From a virus (taxonomy: Duplodnaviria > Caudoviricetes): 43,930 bases of DNA. The stretch's first letter is position 1. Each line of letters begins with the position of its first letter. The notes below the pieces were generated by a model. The model searched no databases, was not told where the DNA came from, and saw nothing but the letters and a program-made list of their open reading frames with translations. A program made the position numbers and the translations under genes. Below are positions 1 through 8,625 of this stretch, piece after piece. The stretch covers positions 1 through 43,930 of the IMG/VR virus record IMGVR_UViG_3300022697_000068, one strand, 5' to 3'.

Positions 1-290
1 ATAGTCAAAGCGAGTCATCATTTCCAATCAAACCAGATAGTCAAAGCGAGTCATCATTTCCAATCAAACCAGATAGTCAAAGCGAGTCATCATTTCCAAT
101 CAAACCAGATAGTCAAAGCGAGTCAATATCAAAAATAAAACCGGATAAAGGAAGCGGGTCATTTTCGGGAAAGAACACCAGTGAATATTAACGTGCCATT
201 CGGCCTTATAAACCCAAAATGGTGAAGCGTTAAAATAATATTATTTAAATTCCTAAAATTAGAGCGAGCATCATGGAAAAGAATACCAAG
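1..290 (+). repeat. 36-nt-period dual-repeat array (TIGR-like), truncated at window start and degenerating 3'
   Basis: Three exact 36-bp copies (1-108), then units keeping aGCGAGTCA-like motifs (9, 45, 81, 117, 153, 190, 226, 263) and atcAAACCA-like motifs (27, 63, 99, 135, 172, 208, 280) separated by ~9-nt variable segments. Confidence 0.7.
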
Positions 291-539
291 CCGAATAAAG
301 AGACTCGGGAAATTGCGGATAAATATATATGGCCTGCCGAGGGTAAAAATTATTCCGATTTTGTCCAGATGGAACACCTGCTTAATAAAATTGTCAAGGC
401 AACTAAAAAGAGATTTCCAGGGGATTTTGATTTTTGGCTTGAGTCGAGGCAGGGGGAGAAAGATTTCGCTGATTTTATCATCGGATTAATTCCATTCAAT
501 AATGAGGTTGACAGCCAAGCAAGGGAATCCAAGGAATGA
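273..539 (+). CDS. hypothetical protein
   Basis: 88-aa ORF on the coding strand; 5' end overlaps the last degenerate repeat unit, so the start is uncertain. Confidence 0.45.
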   Translation: MEKNTKPNKETREIADKYIWPAEGKNYSDFVQMEHLLNKIVKATKKRFPGDFDFWLESRQGEKDFADFIIGLIPFNNEVDSQARESKE

Positions 540-541
540 GA

Positions 542-736
542 ATGGGATTATTGCCATGCCCGTTTTGCGGTCGGGAGCCGATGGTGTTTTCATCCTAATA
601 AATGATGCCCTGGGTTAAGATAGGGTCGAGGTAAGCCCTAATCGCCTGCAAAGAAAAGTCGTGCAGGATGAGCCCATGCACCCCGGCACTATTATCGCTT
701 GAGCCTGCTGTTGTGTTGTGGAACCAAAGGTGCTAA
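542..736 (+). pseudogene. Lar-family restriction-alleviation protein, inactivated
   Basis: Single frame reads MGLLPCPFCGREPMVFSS**MMPWVKIGSR*ALIACKEKSC...AVVLWNQRC*; LxPCPFCG...C..C...WNxR is the Lar signature; TAA at 596, 599, 632. Confidence 0.8.
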
Positions 737-1271
737 ATGAAAAATAATCTTTTCCTAAATGCCATGGCGACTTTTTCAGAATGCAAGAAACATCGCTTTG
801 ATCTTTGGAGGGTATGGAACCCCGGCGGGAAGTGCGCCACGTTCATCCTATTAAACCCATCGGCTGACGATGAGTGGCAGAATGATCCAACCGTTTTACC
901 CGGTGTCAGAATTATGCAGAGCGTTGGGGGTATGGTGGGCTTCACGTCCTGAATATTTTTTCATTACGGCCAGACGATCCGATGAAATTATATGAATTGG
1001 ATAGGACTAAAATAAGTCTATTCTATGAAAATATACAGAAGATTGTGGGGGTTGTGAAATTCCCCGGGGTTGTGGTTTTCGGTTGGGGAATCATCCTCAG
1101 AAAGCATATCGTGGATTTGAAGGCGCGTTCATAACGACCATTAAATTCCATACAAAGACCGAGTTGAAGGCGTTGGAAATCAATAAAAACGGGTCGCCGC
1201 ACCACCCTCTTTATCTGAAAAAAGATTTAATACCAAAAACCTTAATCATGAAAAAATTGGGAAGAGTATGA
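737..1271 (+). pseudogene. DUF1643-family protein with two frameshifts
   Basis: FSECKKHRFDLWRVW..FILLNPS..NDPTV, then TRCQNYAERWGYGGLHVLNIFSLR..VVFGWG in a second frame, then GNH..NGSPHHPLYL after a further shift; shifts at T-run 894-897 and G-run 1085-1088. Confidence 0.8.
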
Positions 1272-1495
1272 CAGATGCAGGGGAATTCGTTAACTATAAA
1301 TTTAGAATAGGGCAGAAAATTTATAATGAATCAAGACACCAAAATGGTGTTGTGCAAATGAGGAAGCATGTCCAAAGCGGGGAAACCGGAGAAATAACTT
1401 ATCAGGTCTGTTACCGTAAAAGCGAAGGCGGATGTGAATATGAATGGGATAACAGCACTTGGCTGGAAGACGGTCACAGGGATATAATAGATTAA
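1268..1495 (+). CDS. hypothetical protein (possible SH3-like small beta-barrel)
   Basis: 75-aa ORF, ATGA overlap with upstream stop; KFRIGQKI..G.V..YQV pattern. Confidence 0.55.
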   Translation: MTDAGEFVNYKFRIGQKIYNESRHQNGVVQMRKHVQSGETGEITYQVCYRKSEGGCEYEWDNSTWLEDGHRDIID

Positions 1496-1521
1496 ACAGA
1501 ATTTGAAAAAGGGTATTAACT

Positions 1522-1752
1522 GTGAAAGATTTAATAATTACAATTGTAAAGGCATTGGTTGATGAGCCTGAAAAAGTAGGGGTCAATGAGATTAAGGGCG
1601 AGAAAGTGCTTGTCTATGAAATAAGCGTTGCCGATGGTGAAGTTGGAAAGATAATCGGAAAGCAGGGGATAACCGCCAGAGCAATGAGGACCATTGTCAA
1701 TGCCACGGCGACCAAGCTGGGGAAACATGCCGTGCTTGAAATCATGGAGTAG
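1522..1752 (+). CDS. khpA: KH-domain RNA-binding protein KhpA (UPF0109/YlqC)
   Basis: IVKALVDEPEKV...GKIIGKQGITARAMRTIV...LEI with intact GxxG loop; 76 aa, typical length; GTG start. Confidence 0.9.
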   Translation: MKDLIITIVKALVDEPEKVGVNEIKGEKVLVYEISVADGEVGKIIGKQGITARAMRTIVNATATKLGKHAVLEIME

Positions 1753-1754
1753 TC

Positions 1755-1943
1755 GTGGACGTTGATTGTTTCGGAATTGACGAAACTGGGATTATGTTCC
1801 AGTGCCATGAATGCAAAGAATTGTTTTTTTTCTAGCAGACCGCCGATGATATTTTAAGGGAGTTCCTGGAGTTTGACGGCAAAAAAATCATAGGCGGCAG
1901 TGATTTGTATTGCTCAAAGTGTGTGGAACGTAGCAATGGCTAA
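1755..1943 (+). pseudogene. broken small Zn-finger gene
   Basis: FQCHECKELF in one frame and TADDILREFLEFDGKKIIGGSDLYCSKCV in another; break near T-run at ~1824-1832. Confidence 0.45.
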
Positions 1944-2084
1944 GATAACCAGATTTAAAAATTGCTACTGCCATACATGCAAGCGTGATTTTCATTATCT
2001 GGGGATAACTCGCCGAAAAATATATACATTATAATAATATAGAGAGGTATAATCTAAATTTCAAATCATAAGAACGAAGGGGAA

Positions 2085-2417
2085 GTGATGGTAAAAAAAA
2101 TTACAGCGAAAAAAGAAACGCCAAAAAAAACGATTATCAATCAGGATGAAAGTTGCTTGCCGGAGGATGATGTGCTTATGGAAGCAGGGGAATGTTTTAT
2201 CCCTGTTAATTATTTTCAATATTTTTATATTGCTGGCAAGGATGTGACCGGGGCCAAGGAAGGCGACATCGTTTTTGAACTTTTATTCCAGAACGGAAAA
2301 AAAACGATTGTCGAGACTGCCAATAACCATAATCGAAAATCGAAGACCGCCAGGATCAAGCGTCAATACCGCAAGGGCGTTGCCTTGATGTCTGGTAAGG
2401 GTTGGGGAAAACAATGA
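2085..2417 (+). CDS. hypothetical protein
   Basis: 110-aa ORF with AAGGGG RBS. Confidence 0.6.
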   Translation: MMVKKITAKKETPKKTIINQDESCLPEDDVLMEAGECFIPVNYFQYFYIAGKDVTGAKEGDIVFELLFQNGKKTIVETANNHNRKSKTARIKRQYRKGVALMSGKGWGKQ

Positions 2418-2542
2418 TCGAGAAAATAGATGAGGCGCAAACGGAGCTGGTCGCCAAGTTTTTAGGATATGAACCCGGCGGGTCATACGAATCATTGTAA
2501 GAATATTTCGATGCCCATATAAATTATCAAGGTTATGATGGC

Positions 2543-2776
2543 GTGATGACAGACATTGAGATTCTATACTCGGCAGACGGTGAGAGAGCCTTGATAAATA
2601 AGATTAGGGAAACCTGTTCTATTGTGATTGCAGATTCCCCTTTTGATGATTTTAAGGGTAAGGTAACTCTATTTCCAAACAGCCCGAATGGAATGTCATG
2701 CGGAAACGGCAAGGCGCAGTCTATCATCCATGCCTTGTTATTGGCGGCATCGGAATATGCTGGGAGGTCTAAATGA
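2543..2776 (+). CDS. hypothetical protein
   Basis: 77-aa ORF on the coding strand. Confidence 0.5.
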   Translation: MMTDIEILYSADGERALINKIRETCSIVIADSPFDDFKGKVTLFPNSPNGMSCGNGKAQSIIHALLLAASEYAGRSK

Positions 2777-2989
2777 AATGTCAATACTTCGGGGGAGAGG
2801 CCGGGGATGCCGATATCAATAGCTAAGACGATTGCCTTTTCAGCCGTGCCGGGAAAAGTCATGATGACGTTTTAAACGCGCTGATTTAACACGCCTTTCG
2901 TGAAGGATATGTGTCTGGAAAGACCCACGGGAAAAGAAGCCAAAAATCTTTGGATAATCTGGATAGGATGATAAAAAGGATTTTAGATG

Positions 2990-3187
2990 ATGGAAAAATT
3001 AACAAATGCGAAAGTTAAAAGAGAATCCAAGGGAGAGTATTTTGTCGCCGTGGAAACCGCAGACGGTGACGAATGCGACTGCTGGTTTCCGTAAAGTGAA
3101 AGTAGTCCTGAAATATTGGACGGCGGAAAATTTAGCAATTTCTTTGTGAAAAATTATGGAATTGTGCTACCATTCAGGTATGGCTAA
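2990..3187 (+). pseudogene. small phage protein with internal stop
   Basis: MEKLTNAKVKRESKGEYFV..DCWFP*SESS..; TAA at 3092 falls where the common small-phage motif WFPKS has Lys, and the frame stays open afterwards. Confidence 0.55.
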
Positions 3188-3521
3188 CCGAATACCAAGG
3201 CTCATATTTAAAAGATCATGCAGGATTGAAGGAATTCTCCCAGAAATCGCGCTGGCAATCCAGAGTACCTACACCGTTTGGGTGGGCATGGATTTCATTG
3301 GTGATTGTCGTGTAACAAGCGGGACCGATGATGCTCCGGGTAGGTTGAAGACAAGTAAGCATCCGACCGGCGAAGCATTCGACCTCGGCATTTGGGGGGT
3401 CGGGGAAATGGTGGAACAACTTGCCCGAAACATGAGGAAAGCATTAGGTGTTGAATTTGATGTCGTGGTCGAAAAAGATCATCTACATATTGAATTCGAC
3501 CCAAAACCAGACGGACATTGA
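3180..3521 (+). CDS. Zn peptidase, M15/LAS (Hedgehog/DD-peptidase fold), probable endolysin
   Basis: VTSG..SKHPTGEAFD (HxxxxxxD) and DHLHIEFD (HxH); start taken at ATG 3180 (track start 3156). Confidence 0.8.
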   Translation: MANRIPRLIFKRSCRIEGILPEIALAIQSTYTVWVGMDFIGDCRVTSGTDDAPGRLKTSKHPTGEAFDLGIWGVGEMVEQLARNMRKALGVEFDVVVEKDHLHIEFDPKPDGH

Positions 3522-3531
3522 GGGAGAGCAA

Positions 3532-3756
3532 ATGGATATTCCGAAACAGGGGGTGGGGAAAGCCCCTGAAAAGGGAAATGTAAAGATTCCGGCGAAGAAA
3601 AAGAAAGTCAGAATCATCACCAAGACCAAGACCGTGGCAAAGATGACCGAGGTTGAAAAGCCAATGTGGATGTCTACTGGCATGATTGGCGCGGCAGTAA
3701 CCGGGGCCGCACGAAGCCATTCCCCAGCCAGAGGCTATCGGGGAGCCGGACAATAA
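3532..3756 (+). CDS. hypothetical protein, possibly frameshifted (alternative frame continues to 3880)
   Basis: GGAG RBS before ATG 3532; EAIPQPEAIGEPDNNSPIALIHNP..FLWWI reads on in another frame from ~3713. Confidence 0.45.
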   Translation: MDIPKQGVGKAPEKGNVKIPAKKKKVRIITKTKTVAKMTEVEKPMWMSTGMIGAAVTGAARSHSPARGYRGAGQ

Positions 3757-4227
3757 CTCCCCGATAGCCTTGATTCACAACCCCACCAAGAATATCTATG
3801 AAGACCTCAAAGAAAGTTTCTGGAATAAATTTTTGTGGTGGATTAGGCCATCCGCCGTGGTAAAAAAACGGCTGATATGATTCTGGAACACTCCCCTAAA
3901 TACATGATCGGATATTCTTAAGGGTGTATGATTATCATGAATACCTTGAAAACATTGCCTCTTGAATGGAGAATTGGGGTCAAGGTTGTCTTATTTGCCA
4001 GCCAAAAGGTGGATGAGATAGAAGTGTTGAAATTTAATATTTTGCAAATGATGATGATCAAGTAATGGCGCACATCATAGGATCGTCACTCATTGAGGCT
4101 ATTCGATAACCTTGGCATAAGATTTATATTAGGGATGGCGAAGGCCACAGCCTTATAAATTCCTACCTAGACCACATCGAATTTTTAAAAGGATACGAAA
4201 GCAGTATGCTTTCGGAGTTAATCGAAA

Positions 4228-4488
4228 ATGCAAAACGACACAAATCAATCTGAATTAGGCGAAAGGTGCGCCGAGTGTGGCCGTCCACTTGGGATATCTT
4301 TTTTTACGGATGTAAATGGCACCAAGGTTCACCGTGGATGCGTTGCGGCCTCTAAAGTAGTTGCTGCCAGCCACCCAACTGAAGAAATAAGCCACGTTTT
4401 CACAGTAGCGACTTGCGGCCACGAAGGATGCGAAGAGGAAATAGATGATTATAATAAACAGTGCTGGCTTCATTTTGAAAAGCCGTAG
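4228..4488 (+). CDS. small Cys/His Zn-binding protein
   Basis: CAEC..HRGC and CGHEGC..CWLH; GGAG RBS. Confidence 0.6.
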   Translation: MQNDTNQSELGERCAECGRPLGISFFTDVNGTKVHRGCVAASKVVAASHPTEEISHVFTVATCGHEGCEEEIDDYNKQCWLHFEKP

Positions 4489-4495
4489 AGCGGTC

Positions 4496-4699
4496 TTGAA
4501 GTTCGATAACGGTAAATATTACAGTATAGTTTGCCCAGTTTGCAACATGGAAAGCGGGTTGCCTGAAATGGTATTCGGGAATTCTGCCAATCACCATTAA
4601 CCGTGCAAGGTATTTGATGCTGGTGAGAATTTTATCAAGGAATTAAAGTGGCGACCAGCACCGAATGAATATTTAGATAAAAAGAAAAAAAATGGATAG
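4496..4699 (+). pseudogene. small CxxC protein with internal stop
   Basis: MKFDNGKYYSIVCPVC..NHH*PCKVFDAGENFIKELKWRP..; TAA at 4598. Confidence 0.45.
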
Positions 4700-4904
4700 A
4701 CCTTATATCATGTAGGTCATGGTCTTTGTTTCGATAATCGTTTCATTCGCCATCATTCCCAAAGAGACAACCCGGGTGACAAGGATGCCGGAACTTATTC
4801 CTTGCTCCTGAGATAGCGAGTATAGGTGTATTCCCGATGAAGATTACATGAATTTAGTCATTATTTTTTCCGTGTCTCAAGACCTTTTTCCAGGGGGATA
4901 AAAA

Positions 4905-5207
4905 ATGGCAGACCAGACAATCAAGGTTAACCCGATGTTTGTAAAGTTGATAATCGGAATCCTAGCCTTGCTTTTAGGTTTTATATCTGTCATCTTTGTT
5001 GGAGCGGGTTGGGCGATCTGGAACAACACAAACAATATTTCTATATTGGTTTCAAAGAGTTCCGGGGATAAAGCCCAATGGAAAAAAATGAACAGAATTG
5101 TGAGAGAGTCGAAAAAGGACCATTCTGGAACCGATAAGCGGCTAAGGGCGGTAGAAATCAAGGCGGCGTTTCAAGGGGGATTCGCCAAGGGGAAAGCATC
5201 AAAATAA
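4905..5207 (+). CDS. single-TM membrane protein with coiled-coil tail (lysis-related candidate)
   Basis: Hydrophobic LIIGILALLLGFISVIFVGAGWAIW followed by a basic helical tail; GGGGG RBS. Confidence 0.6.
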   Translation: MADQTIKVNPMFVKLIIGILALLLGFISVIFVGAGWAIWNNTNNISILVSKSSGDKAQWKKMNRIVRESKKDHSGTDKRLRAVEIKAAFQGGFAKGKASK

Positions 5208-5222
5208 CCACAGGTATCTACA

Positions 5223-5531
5223 GTGAAAAGTAAGGCAGAAATTATAAAAATTAATAACCTCAATGTTAATTTGATTGAGGGTTTCGAGGCCCAACCAGAT
5301 AAACCACTCCTGACAGTAGTATTCAAGTTAAGAAAATCCCAGAAACAAAAACATAAATTATATTTCAATATGATGAACGGGAAGGAACTCACCGAAAATC
5401 AGGTTATGGATGATTCGTGGACCGGGGAAGACGTGGGACCAGTTTATATAGGGTTGCCGGATTCGGATGTTATGAAAAAAAAGCCAAAACTCAGGAAACA
5501 ACCCAAGAGAAATAAGAAAGGGAACCAGTGA
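5223..5531 (+). CDS. hypothetical protein
   Basis: 102-aa ORF, basic C-terminus. Confidence 0.55.
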   Translation: MKSKAEIIKINNLNVNLIEGFEAQPDKPLLTVVFKLRKSQKQKHKLYFNMMNGKELTENQVMDDSWTGEDVGPVYIGLPDSDVMKKKPKLRKQPKRNKKGNQ

Positions 5532-5567
5532 CAGGTAAAATTCCCCGTCCAATGCCTAATAAAAAAA

Positions 5568-5782
5568 ATGAGTCACTGCCAGGCGCAAGCGATGCATGAA
5601 AGTGTAAGGGCGAGTAAAGGCGGGGGGGCAAATGTTTAGCGTGTCGTGTTGAGTTGTTCGGGGACGCTCAAATCAGGCTGGCAACCAGAAAATGTCCATC
5701 ATGCGGTGAAATGCGGAAGAGTTGGGAAACGGTCAGTGGGTTAATTGCCCGGAATGCGGGTAAAATAATTTCTAGAAATTAA
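5568..5782 (+). pseudogene. broken Zn-ribbon gene
   Basis: KCLAC..KCPSCG lies out of frame with upstream ATG 5568 across the G7 run at 5622-5628. Confidence 0.4.
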
Positions 5783-5807
5783 CCGAAATCAAAATGGGGA
5801 ATCTAAA

Positions 5808-6053
5808 TTGAGCCAGAAAAAGATAGTCAAGATTATCGGGGATGGAAGCCCAAAGGGAACCAAGATCATGTTTGGGGACGTGGATATCACCGGGCAGTTG
5901 AGAATCAAAAGCGTGGCATGGAAACAAGACGGGATGGAAGAGCCGGTGTGTGTTCTGGAAATATACGGGGTGCATATCGAATCGGCAGGGGAGGTTTATA
6001 GCGAAATTGTGGATATTGAGGACACCAACACAAACGGCTCTGGAAATGGTTAA
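5808..6053 (+). CDS. hypothetical protein
   Basis: 81-aa ORF, TTG start, GGGG RBS. Confidence 0.6.
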   Translation: MSQKKIVKIIGDGSPKGTKIMFGDVDITGQLRIKSVAWKQDGMEEPVCVLEIYGVHIESAGEVYSEIVDIEDTNTNGSGNG

Positions 6054-6417
6054 GTGTTTCCATTGCTCACATATCTTTAAAAAGTTGGATGGCGGAATAC
6101 CGAGGAAGGTCTGCCCAAAATGTTTAATAAAGATTTCGAGCCATGCTTATAAAGGTCCAGTGAAACCAATCAACTCCTGTATTTGTTGTCAAGTTGGATT
6201 AAGTGAGGCCGATATTCCCAAAGGGGCGAGTAATTTTCATTTAGGAACATCAACCAGAAGCGTTACGAACAATAAAAACAACACTACGAGTGGAAAATAC
6301 ATCATTGAGTCCAGGGGAATGGTCTGCCGAAGATGTTTTTGGCGTGGAGTCCAAAAGATTGCAGACTTTGAATTGATTAAACTTATGTCGCCATCGGATT
6401 TCAAGAAGCAGAAATGA
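6046..6417 (+). CDS. multi-CxxC Zn-finger protein
   Basis: CFHC, CPKC, CICC, CRRC; start at ATG 6046 overlapping the upstream gene end. Confidence 0.65.
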   Translation: MVKCFHCSHIFKKLDGGIPRKVCPKCLIKISSHAYKGPVKPINSCICCQVGLSEADIPKGASNFHLGTSTRSVTNNKNNTTSGKYIIESRGMVCRRCFWRGVQKIADFELIKLMSPSDFKKQK

Positions 6418-6483
6418 CTGGAGGATTTGTGGGTTAATTCGCACGAATGATTAATATTTTATCCACCCTATAAAAAGAAAATC

Positions 6484-7233
6484 ATGAAAAACGAAGATGA
6501 TGCTCAGTTGGACCGGATCGAAATGGTTTATATCAACCGGGATAAGCTCTATAAATTGCCGGGGAACCCAAGGCGGGTTGATGGCTCTGGAAAGGTGGAG
6601 CGGTTGAAGGCGCAAATACTCGCCCACGGGTTCCAAGTTCCTTTGCAGGTATACCAAGAGGGGAGCGGATACACGGTTCTTTGCGGGAACCATCGGCTCG
6701 AAGCCGGGGGAAGTATTGGCATGAAGGAATTCCCGTGCATTGTCTATTCTGGAACCAAGCAGGATGCGTTGGCTCGTGCGATATCCGATAATAAGACAAA
6801 TGAGTGGACCGAATGGGATATACCGAATCTAGGGGATATGATGACCGGGCTGGATGATGGTTCATTCGATATGTTCAAGACCGGATTCAGCCAGCAAGAA
6901 TTGGCGGCGTTATTCGGTGGCCCCAGTGAAGACCCGTTTGCAGGTGGAGGCCAAAGCAAGGAGGGGGAGGTTAAATTTTCAGAGGTTTTGGGGGAGGCCA
7001 ACAACTATGTGGTCCTGCTTTTCAGGAATGAGGTTGATTGGCTTGCGGCTCGTACTCATTTCAGGATCGACCGGGCGGCTGGATATAGGGCAAACGGGGA
7101 ACAGTGGTCAATCGGAGTTGGGCGGGTTCTGGATGGCGCACAGTATCTGAAAGAGCAGAATTCGGAATTGGACGGGCATCACACAGAAAGGGCCGTACCC
7201 GATCCTTTCAGAGAGTCCGGGGACCAAGAATGA
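6484..7233 (+). CDS. ParB/Srx N-terminal domain protein
   Basis: PGNPRR..I..HGFQVPLQV..VLCGNHRLEA..ISDNK..EWD. Confidence 0.85.
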   Translation: MKNEDDAQLDRIEMVYINRDKLYKLPGNPRRVDGSGKVERLKAQILAHGFQVPLQVYQEGSGYTVLCGNHRLEAGGSIGMKEFPCIVYSGTKQDALARAISDNKTNEWTEWDIPNLGDMMTGLDDGSFDMFKTGFSQQELAALFGGPSEDPFAGGGQSKEGEVKFSEVLGEANNYVVLLFRNEVDWLAARTHFRIDRAAGYRANGEQWSIGVGRVLDGAQYLKEQNSELDGHHTERAVPDPFRESGDQE

Positions 7234-8000
7234 ATTTCGAGATTTATAGCCCGTCTTACAAACGCCCAGATATTTGCACAAGCCATAAATATTTTCCAGA
7301 CCTAACCTACGTTGTGGATGAGTCGGAGTACAAGGCTTATAAAAATGTGCATGATAAGATCATCGCCTTACCGTCAGGCGTTCAAGGGAACATTTCGCGG
7401 GTTCGCAATTGGATCATGGACCACGTTCCGGTTGTCCTAATTATAGATGACGATTACTCCGACATTGGGCGTTGGACCATGCGGGAAGGTCCGGGGGAAT
7501 ATGGAGTCTATGGGAGGAAGTTGACCCCAAATCAGGCAATGGAATTTGTCGAAATGGGTTTTGAATTGGCGGTCGAATTTGATGTAAAAATGTGGGGGAT
7601 CAATCTTGCATTCGATAAGGGAACCTATCGAGAGTACACACCGTTTTCATTATCTAGCATGATATTGGGTCCGCTTCATGGTCACATCAATAGCGACATC
7701 CGGTATGATGAGAAATTGCCGTTAAAGGAAGATTATGATTTTTCAATTCAGGCGTTAAATGAATACCGAAAGATTCTGCGGCTGAATATGTATTATTATA
7801 AATGCGATCAACACGGAAAGCCGGGAGGTTGCGCGGCATACCGGACAATCAATCGAGAAATGCAACAAAATATATTACTCAGGAAAAAGTGGGGAGCGAA
7901 ATTAATTAAATTCGATACCGGCGCATCAAAGACCAATAGAAAAAATGAAATTGGGTTTGATATCAATCCAATCGCAACCGTACCAATCAAGGGAATATGA
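7230..8000 (+). CDS. GT-A glycosyltransferase, TAGT/GREB1-like (phage DNA-modification associated)
   Basis: IYSPSYKRP..YVV..EY..GNISRVRNWI..IIDDD..LKEDYD..LRLN..PGGC; ATG 7230 overlaps the ParB TGA. Confidence 0.75.
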   Translation: MNFEIYSPSYKRPDICTSHKYFPDLTYVVDESEYKAYKNVHDKIIALPSGVQGNISRVRNWIMDHVPVVLIIDDDYSDIGRWTMREGPGEYGVYGRKLTPNQAMEFVEMGFELAVEFDVKMWGINLAFDKGTYREYTPFSLSSMILGPLHGHINSDIRYDEKLPLKEDYDFSIQALNEYRKILRLNMYYYKCDQHGKPGGCAAYRTINREMQQNILLRKKWGAKLIKFDTGASKTNRKNEIGFDINPIATVPIKGI

Positions 8001-8431
8001 ATACAGCAACCACAGAAAAAAAAGACGGCAGAGGTCGCCCTGAATATAAGCGAAATGATTATGACCTTGGAGTGGTGGAGGCTCTAAGTTTGTCCGGGGT
8101 GAATCAAAACGATATCGCCAAGATGATAAAGATTACCAAGAAGACTCTGACCAAGCATTATCGGGAAGAGTTAGACACCACCTCCATGAAAAGAAATTCT
8201 CAAGTGGTGGGCAGGCTTTATCAGGATGCGATTAGAGGAAATACCACGGCGGGTATATTCATTGCCAAGACTCAATTGGGATGGAAAGAAACGACCGTTA
8301 GTGAAAATACCGGCGTTCCGGGTGTCGTGGTCGTGGAAAAACCAATGACCAAGGAAGAGTGGTTGAAGGAATTCGGCGGGGAAGCCGGGATAGATGGAAA
8401 CGACCAAACAGAAACCGGGGGAGAGCAATGA
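7997..8431 (+). CDS. terS: terminase small subunit
   Basis: GRP..HTH (IAKMIKITKKTLTKHYREEL)..GNTTAGIFIAKTQLGWKE; upstream of terL. Confidence 0.8.
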   Translation: MNTATTEKKDGRGRPEYKRNDYDLGVVEALSLSGVNQNDIAKMIKITKKTLTKHYREELDTTSMKRNSQVVGRLYQDAIRGNTTAGIFIAKTQLGWKETTVSENTGVPGVVVVEKPMTKEEWLKEFGGEAGIDGNDQTETGGEQ

Positions 8432-8625
8432 ATAATTTGCAGGGGAACATCATGGAGGTCAAGAGGATCGCAATGTCCGGGTTGAATGTCGAAATAGTCA
8501 GGGACGGGGAAAAGTTTGAAATGGAACTCATGGCAAGGGATTATAACACAGTCAAGATGCCTATTTCAATCGAGGTAGCAAAGTCTTTTAAATTCATGAT
8601 GGAGAGTGAACGCAATGACGCATAA
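8428..8625 (+). CDS. hypothetical protein
   Basis: ATGA overlap with terS stop; GGAG RBS. Confidence 0.6.
   Translation: MNNLQGNIMEVKRIAMSGLNVEIVRDGEKFEMELMARDYNTVKMPISIEVAKSFKFMMESERNDA

Noticed and set aside
1-125. CRISPR array
   Set aside because: No 25-45 nt unique spacers between repeats and no cas genes; conserved parts are only ~9 nt long.
1-138. Coding repeat (IVKASHHFQSNQ)n as the sole explanation
   Set aside because: The frame stops at 136-138, but the motif periodicity continues to ~290 and shifts by single bases. It cannot be fully excluded without upstream sequence.
542-4699. Stop-codon reassignment (TAA read-through), since most internal stops are TAA
   Set aside because: TAA terminates many intact core genes (terL, capsid, tape measure), and the same region also has frameshifts; decay is the simpler explanation.
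5560-5620. Second TIGR-like unit (AATGAGTCA..GCGAGT)
   Set aside because: No loop-repeat motif and no 36-nt periodicity.
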